Shown here: positions 38,368 to 47,972 of the stretch, one piece after another | Layout of the letters: each line of letters starts with the position of its first letter | Numbering within the stretch: the stretch's first letter is position 1 | Assembly (NCBI GenBank): GCA_030650605.1 | Contig: JAUSDP010000070.1 | Coordinates: 1 to 57,838, forward strand | Reading direction: 5' to 3' | Source of the DNA: a bacterium | GTDB lineage: Bacteria; Patescibacteriota; Minisyncoccia; Phycocordibacterales; Zambryskibacteraceae | DNA length: 57,838 nt | Position numbers and translations under genes: made by a program | Notes under the pieces: model-generated | The model's database searches: none | The model's input: only the letters and a program-made list of their open reading frames with translations | What the model was told of the DNA's origin: nothing

Positions 38368-38739
38368 TAGGGAAGGGGTTTAGAGAGAATATGAACATGT
38401 CGCACAATATACCTTTGCGACCCTAAGGTAATTCAAATAACTATAATAAGATTACATTTATAACTCACGGTCGTATGAATTAGATGTACTCTCTATACTG
38501 TACACGACTGTACACGTACACATATACTAATTTATTAATTAATAGCTAAAAATTTATCTTAGAAAAAAATTGGGTAAAAAAAATGAAAATTCTATCTACC
38601 TCTCCCCTATTTAAACCAATAGGGAAGTTTTCTAACTTTTCTTGCTTTTATTGATATTTCTGTTAGTCTAGTCCCAGAATTAGCTGGATAACCTGGCTAA
38701 AGTTCTACGTTCTCAACACTAAAGAAAAGAGGTGGTGAT

Positions 38740-39099
38740 ATGAATCAGATCGCGACCAAGGCAGTCCCGCGGGAAGTCTGTCTAGAAATACTGAAGAGAC
38801 ATGCTGACGTGCTCGGCTTGTCCATCGAGTATAGCTGGAAGAAGAAAGATGGTGCGCGATGTGTCTGCTTTGATGTAATTGGACCCAGGGCAGGTTACTC
38901 TAGTAGATGGTTCTGTTTTGCCGTTATCTTAACCGTGCCCGCACTTAAGCTCGGTGTCTGGACGCGGAAGTCGATGGAGTACAACAAGGGTCCCTTTGAC
39001 GTTGTCGAGGCAGACCACGCATTCGAGTCTACTAGTTTCGACCAATGGCTCAGGACGTGGTTCGAAAATACGGCACTCGAAGAACTCTCTCGAAAGTGA
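38740..39099 (+). CDS. Orphan 119-aa protein
   Basis: GAGGTGG SD; terminator at 39144-39180. Confidence 0.65.
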   Translation: MNQIATKAVPREVCLEILKRHADVLGLSIEYSWKKKDGARCVCFDVIGPRAGYSSRWFCFAVILTVPALKLGVWTRKSMEYNKGPFDVVEADHAFESTSFDQWLRTWFENTALEELSRK

Positions 39100-39143
39100 C
39101 ATAATCACTCAGTTCAATACAGTATATAAGGAAGAAGTGGCAC

Positions 39144-39180
39144 ATAGGGTCGTCATCGCAAGATGGCGACCCTATTTTCT
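39144..39180 (+). terminator. Intrinsic terminator
   Basis: ATAGGGTCGTCATC-GCAA-GATGGCGACCCTAT followed by TTTCT. Confidence 0.8.
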
Positions 39181-39289
39181 TTATTTATCCAAAAGACTAG
39201 ACCACCATTTGAAAGTGAAGGTCATCAAGAGATAAGCTGGGATATAAATAGGGGCCAAAAGAAAGAAGATGATTAGTCTAACCACTTTC

Positions 39290-39369
39290 ATCCCGTTAGA
39301 AGCTAACATTTTTAATTTTCGTGGCAAATAATATCATGGTGATTTATTGTAGTAAGCTTCTAACGGGAT
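39290..39369. mobile_element. 80-bp MITE-like element
   Basis: Perfect 15-bp terminal inverted repeats ATCCCGTTAGAAGCT/AGCTTCTAACGGGAT. Confidence 0.6.
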
Positions 39370-39385
39370 TCATGTAGGTTGTAGA

Positions 39386-39610
39386 TTAACGAGACGGCAG
39401 AAGTGCCGAAATCATCTGCCAAATAAAGAGCACCGGTGTTTTGATATAAGACCAGATAACACCCATCACATCTTTAATATAATTTATAGTATTCCTCCCC
39501 TGTTCTGAACTAGCCGCGACAAAGATAGACCAATTAAAGAAATACTTAAGGAGCGCTAAAGCAATAATGATAAGCAACAGCAGGCCTATAAAACCTTTGT
39601 CTTTATTCAT
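39386..39610 (-). CDS. Small membrane protein
   Basis: MNKDKGFIGLLLLIII, a pilin-like KG/F N-terminus. Confidence 0.65.
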   Translation of the reverse strand: MNKDKGFIGLLLLIIIALALLKYFFNWSIFVAASSEQGRNTINYIKDVMGVIWSYIKTPVLFIWQMISALLPSR

Positions 39611-39622
39611 ATTTATAGTTTA

Positions 39623-39646
39623 CCCTTCAACAGAGTTCAGGGCAAG
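39623..39646 (+). repeat. Element family A, abutting the M23 gene stop codon
   Basis: CCCTTCAACAGAGTTCAGGGCAAG. Confidence 0.7.
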
Positions 39647-40939
39647 TTATAGAGACGGCAAATAAGAAAGTGGGTCAAGATAAGCCTCAACACCGCTGGC
39701 AATAGGCATGAAGGTTTCTTTGCATCCTCCTTTGCTATTGGTTAGTGGACGAATCTCGACGCCTTGGCTAGCAAAAAGTCCCAAATGAAGGTGGGGACCA
39801 AATGAGTATCCAGAACCATTCACTCCATAAGCACCGCCGGAATAGGCAATTACCTCGCCCGTCTCGACATGCTGTCCAGTCTGTACCAGAGAGACCGAGA
39901 GATGAGCATACACACTGGTAAGACCATTACCATGTTTGAGAAGTATCCAACGACCATAAGAGACACAAGCGAGCTTCCCTTCCCTTTTAAATTGGGCATT
40001 CCTCTCATCAGTATTACCTGTACCTTCTATCACACCAGAGAGAATTGCCTTGACGGGTGTACCCATAGAGGCTCGAAGATCCAATCCATTATGAAATCTT
40101 TCTTTAAGTAGACCAAAAGGGTCGGTCACAAAAATTTTATCAAGAGGCCATGATAATACGCTATGCCGTGCATTTGGTATCAAAGAAGGATCAAGTGTAA
40201 TTCTAAGTTCCGTTTCTAAACGTGATAGGTCTTCTTCGAAGGCTCTTTGACGAGCACTATTTTCTGCCAGTAATTTTTGATATTCTGCTTCTTTGTTTCT
40301 TGTGGCAGCAAGAAGTTTTTCTTTTGCTTTTTGATTCTCTTCGACAACCGACTTCTGACCACTTAATTGCCCACGTAAACCTACTTGTTCCGCTTTCACT
40401 TTCTCCTTCTTTACTTTTTCTTGGTTAAGAATTTTCGTGGTCTCACGCAGGGCATCAATCTCTTCTCCTAGACGTTCATTGAGACCTGCGATCTCACTTC
40501 TATCTCTCCAAATATCCGATAGTTGAACGGAAGTTAAGAGTTGGAGTATTAGGGGACGAGAATCATACTCAGACAATGCTAAAATGGTATCGGCGATCGC
40601 AGTTCTGTGTGTGATGATTTGCCGTTCCTTTTCGCTCATAGTATTCTCAAGCGACTGAATGGTAAGATTGGTGGAAGTGATTTTTGATTGAGTAACATTG
40701 ATGTCAGAAGCGAGTTTCTTTTTAGTCGTATCCAGAGATTTGACTGCACTACCCAAAGATCGACTCTCGGCATTCACTGTCTCAAGTTCGGCTTGAAGTT
40801 TTTTTTGTTCTATAAGCAAAGTTTCTCGCTCTTGCCTTACTTGTTCAATTTGTTGTTCCAAGTCAGCAGGGTTGGCGGCGCTTAAGACGGTCGGTATGAT
40901 TAAAAAGATAAGGAATAAACTGATGAATCTCCTCTTCAT
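39647..40939 (-). CDS. Coiled-coil M23 peptidase (EnvC-like architecture)
   Basis: Signal peptide, coiled coil, HNGLD, YAHL and GPHLH motifs. Confidence 0.9.
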   Translation of the reverse strand: MKRRFISLFLIFLIIPTVLSAANPADLEQQIEQVRQERETLLIEQKKLQAELETVNAESRSLGSAVKSLDTTKKKLASDINVTQSKITSTNLTIQSLENTMSEKERQIITHRTAIADTILALSEYDSRPLILQLLTSVQLSDIWRDRSEIAGLNERLGEEIDALRETTKILNQEKVKKEKVKAEQVGLRGQLSGQKSVVEENQKAKEKLLAATRNKEAEYQKLLAENSARQRAFEEDLSRLETELRITLDPSLIPNARHSVLSWPLDKIFVTDPFGLLKERFHNGLDLRASMGTPVKAILSGVIEGTGNTDERNAQFKREGKLACVSYGRWILLKHGNGLTSVYAHLSVSLVQTGQHVETGEVIAYSGGAYGVNGSGYSFGPHLHLGLFASQGVEIRPLTNSKGGCKETFMPIASGVEAYLDPLSYLPSL

Positions 40940-41814
40940 TGATTTCTAGTTTTACCAATATTGAAATGCTTCCTGTTTACCCAAGCTAATTTTTTCTCGT
41001 CGAAAATCGCGCCTCCTTTATGAACTCTTGTGAGATCAAAAACGTTTATCAATTCATCAAGAGTAAATATTTCTTGTTCCGTACCAGGATTCCATCCTAA
41101 AAGAGCAAGGTAATTGATTATAGCTCCTGATGAGTAGCCTTTATTACGGTAGTAGTTGAGCGAGACTGACTCACCATGTTTACGCTTAGAAAGCTTCGAG
41201 CGATCCTGGGCAAGGATAAGTGGCAAGTGAGCATAGATAGGTCTCGAAGCGCCAATCGCCTCTTGGATTAAGATTTGTCGAGGTGTGTTAGAAATATGAT
41301 CCTCGCCACGAATCACATGCGTTACGTCGGATTCGAAATCATCAACTACTACCACAAAGTGATACAGTGGCTCATCGATACTTTTTGCTATTACAAAATC
41401 TTTTAATTCTGTGGTATCAAATTCAACTACACCACGGATTAAATCTTCAAACTTCACAGATTTATTTGGGTTGCAAAAACGCACTACTTCCCTATTCTCA
41501 CCTTCAGTTTCAGTAGAAATATAAGCTTTATTCTCGTTGATTAATTTCTGTAAATATTTTTTATATATATCTATTCTTTCCGATTGATGCAAAAGTTCTC
41601 CATATCGCTTTAAACCAAGCCATTTAAGATTTTCGAGCATTTCATTTTCATATTCTTTTTTTGACCGTGCCTTATCTGTATCTTCTATCCTAACGATAAA
41701 ATCTCCACCATTCTGTTTTGCAAAGAGATAGTTAAAGAGCGCAGTTCGGACATTACCAATATGCAATGGCCCTGTCGGTGAAGGCGGAAAACGTGTAATT
41801 ATTTTAGGAGTCAT
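40936..41814 (-). CDS. gltX: Glutamate-tRNA ligase, catalytic domain only
   Basis: RFPPSPTG, HIGN, RIEDTD, IRGEDH, KLSKR; ends before the anticodon domain. Confidence 0.85.
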   Translation of the reverse strand: MTPKIITRFPPSPTGPLHIGNVRTALFNYLFAKQNGGDFIVRIEDTDKARSKKEYENEMLENLKWLGLKRYGELLHQSERIDIYKKYLQKLINENKAYISTETEGENREVVRFCNPNKSVKFEDLIRGVVEFDTTELKDFVIAKSIDEPLYHFVVVVDDFESDVTHVIRGEDHISNTPRQILIQEAIGASRPIYAHLPLILAQDRSKLSKRKHGESVSLNYYRNKGYSSGAIINYLALLGWNPGTEQEIFTLDELINVFDLTRVHKGGAIFDEKKLAWVNRKHFNIGKTRNQ

Positions 41815-42944
41815 TTTTCTATCTCGTGTTCAAGAGCAATTTTTAGAATTTCTTCGGCTATCAGACTAGCAGCATTGGACTTATAAAATATTTTAGCGGC
41901 TGCTATCATCTTTTCTCGTTCGACCTCATTTGTCACTAAACGCTCAATTTCTGCCGAGAGAATATTAACAGTAAGATTGTTTTCCTCAATGACTTCGCAA
42001 GCTCCGGCTCGAGCATAAGCAAACGCGTTTGAGTGCTGGTCATGACTAACTCTTTCGTTGATTGGAATAATGATTGAGGGTACCCCCCAGGCTGCAATCT
42101 CAAAGATTGTCGAACCAGCGCGTGAGACAACTACAGAAGATACCCCTGCGGCCATACGAAGTGCTAAGACATTAAGATAATCGAATGATTTATATCGATC
42201 TTTATGAAGAGAGTCTAATAGCAGGGCCTCTCCTGTGGCTTTCACTTCTACAATATTATTTTTACCGGTTTGATGAATAACCGCATACTTCTCGACCAAA
42301 TTTTTCAGACCTTCTAAAACTGTATCATTAATCTTTTGCGAGCCTGAAGAACCTCCCAACACCAACACAACCGGTATATTTTCTTCAATCTTCAGAAATT
42401 CACGAGCACCGGCAGTTATAGGAGTAGCAAGATCTTTACGTACTGGTTGACCCGTGTAAGCCACCAATTGAGATGGGAAATATGCTGCTGCCTCCTTATA
42501 AGAAACTGCTACAATTTTGGCAAATTTCCCAGCCCAAAAATTAACCTTACCAGGTATAGTGTCCGATTCATGAATAACCACAGGAATACGCAAGATACGT
42601 GCCGCCACCAGTACCGGAAAACTCGCGTACCCACCTTTACCAAAAACAACATCTGGGTAAAGTTTGTAAACGATTAATAGTGATGTCAGAATCCCCCACC
42701 CTGTTTTGAATAGATCAAAAAAATTTAAGATGGAAAAGTAACGGCGAAGTTTGCCGGCACTATTTTTTTTATAAATAATACCAGTTTCGAAGAGTACTCC
42801 TGGATTATAAGGAGTTGGCGATACATAAAAGAGCTCTAGCTTGAGGAGCCTCTTCTTCTTCGCAAGATCGTTGAGTTCTTCGGCAATAGAAATTATCGGA
42901 TAGAAGTGTCCTCCAGTCCCACCGCCGGTAAATAAGATACGCAT
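41811..42944 (-). CDS. murG: MurG glycosyltransferase
   Basis: GGGTGGH, GGYAS, GGSSG and SRAG motifs. Confidence 0.95.
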   Translation of the reverse strand: MRILFTGGGTGGHFYPIISIAEELNDLAKKKRLLKLELFYVSPTPYNPGVLFETGIIYKKNSAGKLRRYFSILNFFDLFKTGWGILTSLLIVYKLYPDVVFGKGGYASFPVLVAARILRIPVVIHESDTIPGKVNFWAGKFAKIVAVSYKEAAAYFPSQLVAYTGQPVRKDLATPITAGAREFLKIEENIPVVLVLGGSSGSQKINDTVLEGLKNLVEKYAVIHQTGKNNIVEVKATGEALLLDSLHKDRYKSFDYLNVLALRMAAGVSSVVVSRAGSTIFEIAAWGVPSIIIPINERVSHDQHSNAFAYARAGACEVIEENNLTVNILSAEIERLVTNEVEREKMIAAAKIFYKSNAASLIAEEILKIALEHEIEK

Positions 42945-42952
42945 TTTGCTTT

Positions 42953-44053
42953 TTATGATTCTCGGGTCTTGGAAACAGATAACACAATACCCACCTCAAG
43001 AAGAGTGACAAAAAGGGAGGTACCGCCATGACTAACAAAAGGTAATGTAATCCCTGAAAGGGGGATCACCCCGAGCATCGCGCCAATATTGACGAACGCT
43101 TGGGAGGTAATCATTATAACAATTCCAACCACTGTGAGTCTAGCAAAGATATTCGAAGTCTCTGAAGCAATTTTGATTCCTCGAGTGGCAAAAAGGACAA
43201 ACATCAATAACAAGAAAACGGAACCAATGAAACCAAATTCTTCGGCTGCCACAGCAAAGACAGAATCTCCGATTGGTTCGGGAAGATAAGTAAATTTTTG
43301 GACACTCTGACCGAACCCGCGACCAAAAAGACCACCCGATCCAACGGCGATAAGAGACTGTTGGACTTGATAACTTGCCCCCTGAGCGTCCACTTGGGTA
43401 TTTAAATAAGTGACAATGCGTTGCATCACATATGGCCGCATGAAAGCCAAAAGTGCTAGACCTAAAATGCTGGTGAAAACAATCGTTAAAACATATCGCC
43501 ACTTGCCTCCTGCAACAATAAACATGGCCATACCGGTAAAGACAATTAGGATGAAATTGTCAGTATCTGGCTGATTCAATAGAAGTAGAGCTAAAATGAA
43601 AAAAAGTATCAGAAGTGGTAAGAAGCCCCAACGAAAAGTCTTCATCCTCTCTTTCGCTCCGGCGACCCAAGCTGCGAAGTAAATGATAAAAGCTAGTTTC
43701 AGTATCTCGGAAGTTTGAAAAGAAATGCCTCCGAGCAAAATCCACCGTCGAGCCCCGGCATGTTCAAAGCCTATTCCCGGTATCAAGACCAGAATGTTTA
43801 GAATAATAGCGATGAGTAAAAGCCAGAAGGCGGATTTCTTCCAGACTTGGGCATCTAAACGAGATGCTATGATCATTACCACAGTACCAGCAAAAAGTCC
43901 GAAAACCGTTTGAGAGAAAGCGATGTTTGAATAATTTGAATTTTCTTTGGCCAGAAGTGCGAGAGCAGCTGAACTAAATATAAAAAAACCAAACACTATT
44001 AAAATAACTGAAATAATTAGAAACGGTTTATCGACTTTCTTGCCACGCGCCAT
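42953..44053 (-). CDS. ftsW: SEDS protein FtsW
   Basis: GARRW, QPD, YLPE, LPFVSHGG; next to murG and mraY. Confidence 0.92.
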   Translation of the reverse strand: MARGKKVDKPFLIISVILIVFGFFIFSSAALALLAKENSNYSNIAFSQTVFGLFAGTVVMIIASRLDAQVWKKSAFWLLLIAIILNILVLIPGIGFEHAGARRWILLGGISFQTSEILKLAFIIYFAAWVAGAKERMKTFRWGFLPLLILFFILALLLLNQPDTDNFILIVFTGMAMFIVAGGKWRYVLTIVFTSILGLALLAFMRPYVMQRIVTYLNTQVDAQGASYQVQQSLIAVGSGGLFGRGFGQSVQKFTYLPEPIGDSVFAVAAEEFGFIGSVFLLLMFVLFATRGIKIASETSNIFARLTVVGIVIMITSQAFVNIGAMLGVIPLSGITLPFVSHGGTSLFVTLLEVGIVLSVSKTRES

Positions 44054-44072
44054 AATTGGGAAAATTATAGCA

Positions 44073-45122
44073 TTAACTTATAAGAACTAAGATCACACCG
44101 CTGATAGCACAAATGACAGAGACTATCCAGTAGCGCATGACTATTTTCTCTCTCGGCCAACCTAACGCTTGAAAGTGATGATGAAGTGGAGCTACTCGGA
44201 ATACTCTGTAACCATAAAAAAATTTATAGACATATATCTGGATAATATCTGACGCAGTAGTAGCTGCAAGAGGTAGTGCAATTACAGGCAAAATAAGAAC
44301 TGAGTCTGTCAGGAATGCAATAACTGAAAGTGTTACTGTCAGAGCCATCATCCCTGTTTCACCCATATAGAAGCGCGCTGGCGGAACATTAAACCACAAG
44401 AAGGCAAGAATGGCGCCGGCTATCGCGCCAGAAAGAGCAGAGATATCAAATTGATTATTGATAAAAGCGATAACAGTAAAAGCGGTAAAGACCGAAGCGA
44501 GCACCCCTCCAGAAAGACCGTCAATACCATCAATGACAGAAGTCGAGAAAGTGGCTAGCATAACAATAATAAAGAAAGGTATAAACCATATTCCAAGATA
44601 CAAATCACCATTAAATGGAATGTGGACGGAGTTAAAGTCAAGTTTATAGTAGAACCAGAGACTGATCATCAACCCAATACCAGTTATGAGAACTGTTTTA
44701 ATTTTACGATAAATAAGCGCGTCTTGAGCAAATCCGTTTAATCCATAAATATGGACCATATCATCGGCCAAACCTATAAATGCAGCTAAGAAGAAAGCCC
44801 CCAAAGGCACTAGAGTTTGCGACCTTGAGAAGAAGTTAAGTTTCAGGGTTAGATCAGAGGGCATTACCAACGAGAGAAAATAAATAACACAAACAGCAAA
44901 GAGGACCGCAACCCAAATGATTACTCCTCCAATTTTTGGGGTACTGAGTTCATGTTCGGTATTGTGAATTTTATTAAATGCATCGGAAGTATTGGCGTTG
45001 GTTCTCGGTGATTTCTTCCACATTTTGTACCGATAGAAATATCTAGTGAAAAATGGGGTTATAGAAATACCGATGAAGAATGTTAAAACTGTTGGAAATA
45101 TTATTTTTAAAATATCAATCAT
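44073..45122 (-). CDS. mraY: Phospho-N-acetylmuramoyl-pentapeptide transferase
   Basis: TPKIGG, DGIDGL, FYMGETG, APLHHHF; start at ATG 45122. Confidence 0.93.
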   Translation of the reverse strand: MIDILKIIFPTVLTFFIGISITPFFTRYFYRYKMWKKSPRTNANTSDAFNKIHNTEHELSTPKIGGVIIWVAVLFAVCVIYFLSLVMPSDLTLKLNFFSRSQTLVPLGAFFLAAFIGLADDMVHIYGLNGFAQDALIYRKIKTVLITGIGLMISLWFYYKLDFNSVHIPFNGDLYLGIWFIPFFIIVMLATFSTSVIDGIDGLSGGVLASVFTAFTVIAFINNQFDISALSGAIAGAILAFLWFNVPPARFYMGETGMMALTVTLSVIAFLTDSVLILPVIALPLAATTASDIIQIYVYKFFYGYRVFRVAPLHHHFQALGWPREKIVMRYWIVSVICAISGVILVLIS

Positions 45123-46993
45123 GATAGTTTTTCTGGCTGAATAAAGACATTGTACCAAATAGCGAGCATGAGAAGGAGATAAATCTTTCTTGAATTATCA
45201 ACTTTTCGCGAAGTATGATTGTCTATGAGATTCCTAATGTAGGCAATATTCATGTGTTTTTGGATATATGGATTATCTATAATAGTGTTATAAATATCTT
45301 TTCTTTCACTCGTAAACCAATTTCTAATAGGCGTTGGAAAACCAAGTTTCTTTCTTGTACGTACTGACTCCGGTAAAACTTTTTTAAACGCCTCACGTAG
45401 AAGATATTTAGTGCTACCATCTCTCCATTTGAATCGGTCAGGGAGAGTGGCAGCGAGACGAGCCACTTCCATATCAAGAAACGGTACCCTCAATTCAAGC
45501 GAATGCGCCATGGTCATTTTATCGGCCTTGGCTAAGATATCTCCAACCAGCCAAGTGTTAATGTCAATAAATTGCATCATAGTAGAGTCACTTAAACCTT
45601 TTGCCCTTCTGTATAGTTGCCCTAACCCTGTGTCCAAGTCAGCCTTTGACAGGTGAGTTTTCCATAATTTATCTATTTCATCTTGTTTGAAGATAGAAGC
45701 ATTGCCTATATACCAATCTTCAAGATGCTGACTTGCTCTTTTGGCGTAATTTTTACCTCTAAAATCAAAAGGTAGATTGATAATAAAGTTTAAGATAGTA
45801 TTTGGTATCCAAGTAAGCCATCGACGAGCAAACGGTTCAAGGTAAATATTATAACCGCCAAAAAGTTCGTCCGCACCTTCGCCCGAGAGTACTACCTTGA
45901 CGTGTTTAGCTGCTTCTCGAGCAAGAAAATACAGTCCAAGAGCTGACGGATCAGCCACTGGCTCATCAAAATACCAAACTACTTTAGGTAAAACCTTGAA
46001 ATATTCATCGGCACTGATAGTGATTTCGTGATGAAGAGTTTGAAGCGGCAGAGCGGTTTCTAGAGCTTCCCTACCTTCACTTAGGGATTCAAATCCAACA
46101 GTAAAAGTCTGAATCTTTTGTCCCGATTTCGTTTCCGAAATCGAGGATCCTCGATTAGTTTCAACTAATCGGGACATTAGAGAAACGATAATACTTGAAT
46201 CTATGCCACCTGAAAGAAAAGAACCAACAGCAACATCAGCAATCATGTGGTGAGAAACAGAATCCTTCATTATTGCAAAAATTTCTTTCGCTATTTTACT
46301 TTCATTAAGAGAATCATTTTGCTTGAATTCAAACCGCCAATACTTTTTCATCTCCACTCTGCCAGTTTTTAAATCTATCTTCATATAATGGGCAGGCGGG
46401 AGTTTAAAAACATTTTTAAAAAAAGTTTCTTCCAAAGGATTATATTGAAATGAAAGGTAGTTAAAAACTGCCGCATCATTAACTTCTGGATTGAATTCCG
46501 CAAGTGGAATAAAACTCTTTATTTCGGACGAGAAGGCAGCAATCTTAGCGTCTTTAGCCCAATAATAGAGGGGTTTGATGCCAAAAAAATCTCTAACAAG
46601 AATGAGTTCAGTTTTCTCTCTATCATAAATCGCGAAAGCAAACATACCACGCAGACGAGAAAATTCATTGAGACCATAGACTTCAAACATACGCAAAACA
46701 ACTTCGGTGTCACTCTCTGTCTTAAATTCTTGTCCTGCCTGCAGGAGTTCAGCGCGTAATTCCTTATAATTATAAATTTCTCCGTTGAAGAAAATAAGAA
46801 ATCTGCCATCAGACGAAAAGAGTGGTTGTCTACCTCCGGCAATATCAATAATTGAAAGTCGTCTCATACCTAGAGCAAGATACTCATCTGCAAAAAAACC
46901 AGTATCATCTGGTCCACGATGACGAATGGCATCCGTCATTTTTTGAATGTCATCTTTCTCTATCGGATTAATTAGCCCTGTTATGCCACACAT
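45119..46993 (-). CDS. asnB: Glutamine-dependent amidotransferase, AsnB/LtsA family
   Basis: MCGI, HRGPD, SGGIDS, SGEGADE and RVPFLD motifs. Confidence 0.92.
   Translation of the reverse strand: MCGITGLINPIEKDDIQKMTDAIRHRGPDDTGFFADEYLALGMRRLSIIDIAGGRQPLFSSDGRFLIFFNGEIYNYKELRAELLQAGQEFKTESDTEVVLRMFEVYGLNEFSRLRGMFAFAIYDREKTELILVRDFFGIKPLYYWAKDAKIAAFSSEIKSFIPLAEFNPEVNDAAVFNYLSFQYNPLEETFFKNVFKLPPAHYMKIDLKTGRVEMKKYWRFEFKQNDSLNESKIAKEIFAIMKDSVSHHMIADVAVGSFLSGGIDSSIIVSLMSRLVETNRGSSISETKSGQKIQTFTVGFESLSEGREALETALPLQTLHHEITISADEYFKVLPKVVWYFDEPVADPSALGLYFLAREAAKHVKVVLSGEGADELFGGYNIYLEPFARRWLTWIPNTILNFIINLPFDFRGKNYAKRASQHLEDWYIGNASIFKQDEIDKLWKTHLSKADLDTGLGQLYRRAKGLSDSTMMQFIDINTWLVGDILAKADKMTMAHSLELRVPFLDMEVARLAATLPDRFKWRDGSTKYLLREAFKKVLPESVRTRKKLGFPTPIRNWFTSERKDIYNTIIDNPYIQKHMNIAYIRNLIDNHTSRKVDNSRKIYLLLMLAIWYNVFIQPEKLS
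45631..45651. repeat. Degenerate family F element, in-frame in asnB (LSKADLD)
   Basis: TGTCCAAGTCAGCCTTTGACA imperfect palindrome, 21 nt. Confidence 0.5.
46121..46174. repeat. Family E double hairpin, in-frame in asnB (18 aa SRLVETNRGSSISETKSG)
   Basis: TCCCGATTTC...GAAATCGAGGATCCTCGATT...AATCGGGA; same architecture as 25745-25805. Confidence 0.9.
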
Positions 46994-46997
46994 ACAT

Positions 46998-47966
46998 TTA
47001 GTTGGCCTGCCCCGCCATGGCTGGGTTACTTATATACTCCATCACAGCATCAATAAGTGTGCGGGCATCATTAAATCTACCCTCTCCAGTGGAACCAAGT
47101 ATAGATATAATAATCGGACGACCAAGTTCCGGGTCAAAAACAAATATCAAGTTACCACCAGCAGTATCAGTAAAACCAGTCTTGGAAGCTACAAGTCCCG
47201 GAATTTCGGAAATTGTATCATTGGTATTTCTAGCAACATGAAGGTTATTATCCAGAGATCGGAATGTTGTCACGGCCTCTTTTGTAGCCGCGAAGAGTGC
47301 AGGATGATGAGTGAGAATATATTCTAAGAGCGTACTCATATCTCTCGCAGTGCCGTAAGCACCACCTTTTATATTTGATTCATCCAATCCGGTCTCGTTC
47401 CAGAAATAGGTATTCTTGAGACCAAGTTCTCGGGCTTTATTATTCATTTCACCAACAAAATCATTGATAATTTCTTCTGAGGTAGCATCCGCTTTAGAGA
47501 GAGCGCCGAGAGAAAGAGCCACTGCCCGCATGCCATCATTTGAAGATGTAAGTAAAGAGAAATCGAGAAGATCCTTGAGTGTCCACTTTTCATTTTTAAA
47601 TAAACCGCTATCTCCTTCCGCTCGCAAGGACTCTTCACTAATAGTCACAGTACCATATAAAGGACTTAAATCTTCGGCCACTAAAGCTGACATAATTTTT
47701 GTCAAAGAAGCCAGCGAAAGACGAGTATTCTCATTTTTGGCAAATAAAACGGTTTTAGTTCTAACATCATAGACATAGACCGCTTTGGCTCTGAGCGCTA
47801 TTTTAGAAAATAATTTGGAGGCAGTTTCCGTAGGCACGGATGTATCCCCTCTCTCTATCTTCTTATCAAAAATAAAAGAAACTGTAAGTAGAACTAAAAG
47901 CGCTGCGCCAAGAATAAGAAAAAGTCTTATTTCAGAATTGTGAACTGTGGTAAATTGATCATCCAT
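46998..47966 (-). CDS. D-alanyl-D-alanine carboxypeptidase (S11)
   Basis: SLTK, SSN and KTG motifs; C-terminus PAMAGQ comes from a family C element (47006-47025). Confidence 0.9.
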   Translation of the reverse strand: MDDQFTTVHNSEIRLFLILGAALLVLLTVSFIFDKKIERGDTSVPTETASKLFSKIALRAKAVYVYDVRTKTVLFAKNENTRLSLASLTKIMSALVAEDLSPLYGTVTISEESLRAEGDSGLFKNEKWTLKDLLDFSLLTSSNDGMRAVALSLGALSKADATSEEIINDFVGEMNNKARELGLKNTYFWNETGLDESNIKGGAYGTARDMSTLLEYILTHHPALFAATKEAVTTFRSLDNNLHVARNTNDTISEIPGLVASKTGFTDTAGGNLIFVFDPELGRPIIISILGSTGEGRFNDARTLIDAVMEYISNPAMAGQAN

Positions 47967-47972
47967 TTTGAT

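Noticed and set aside
38497-38528. TGTACAC micro-repeats
   Set aside because: Only two to three short units; looks like local slippage with no support for function.
39386-39665. Similar 3' ends (GAGACGGCA) of two adjacent genes
   Set aside because: A 9-nt match is compatible with chance.
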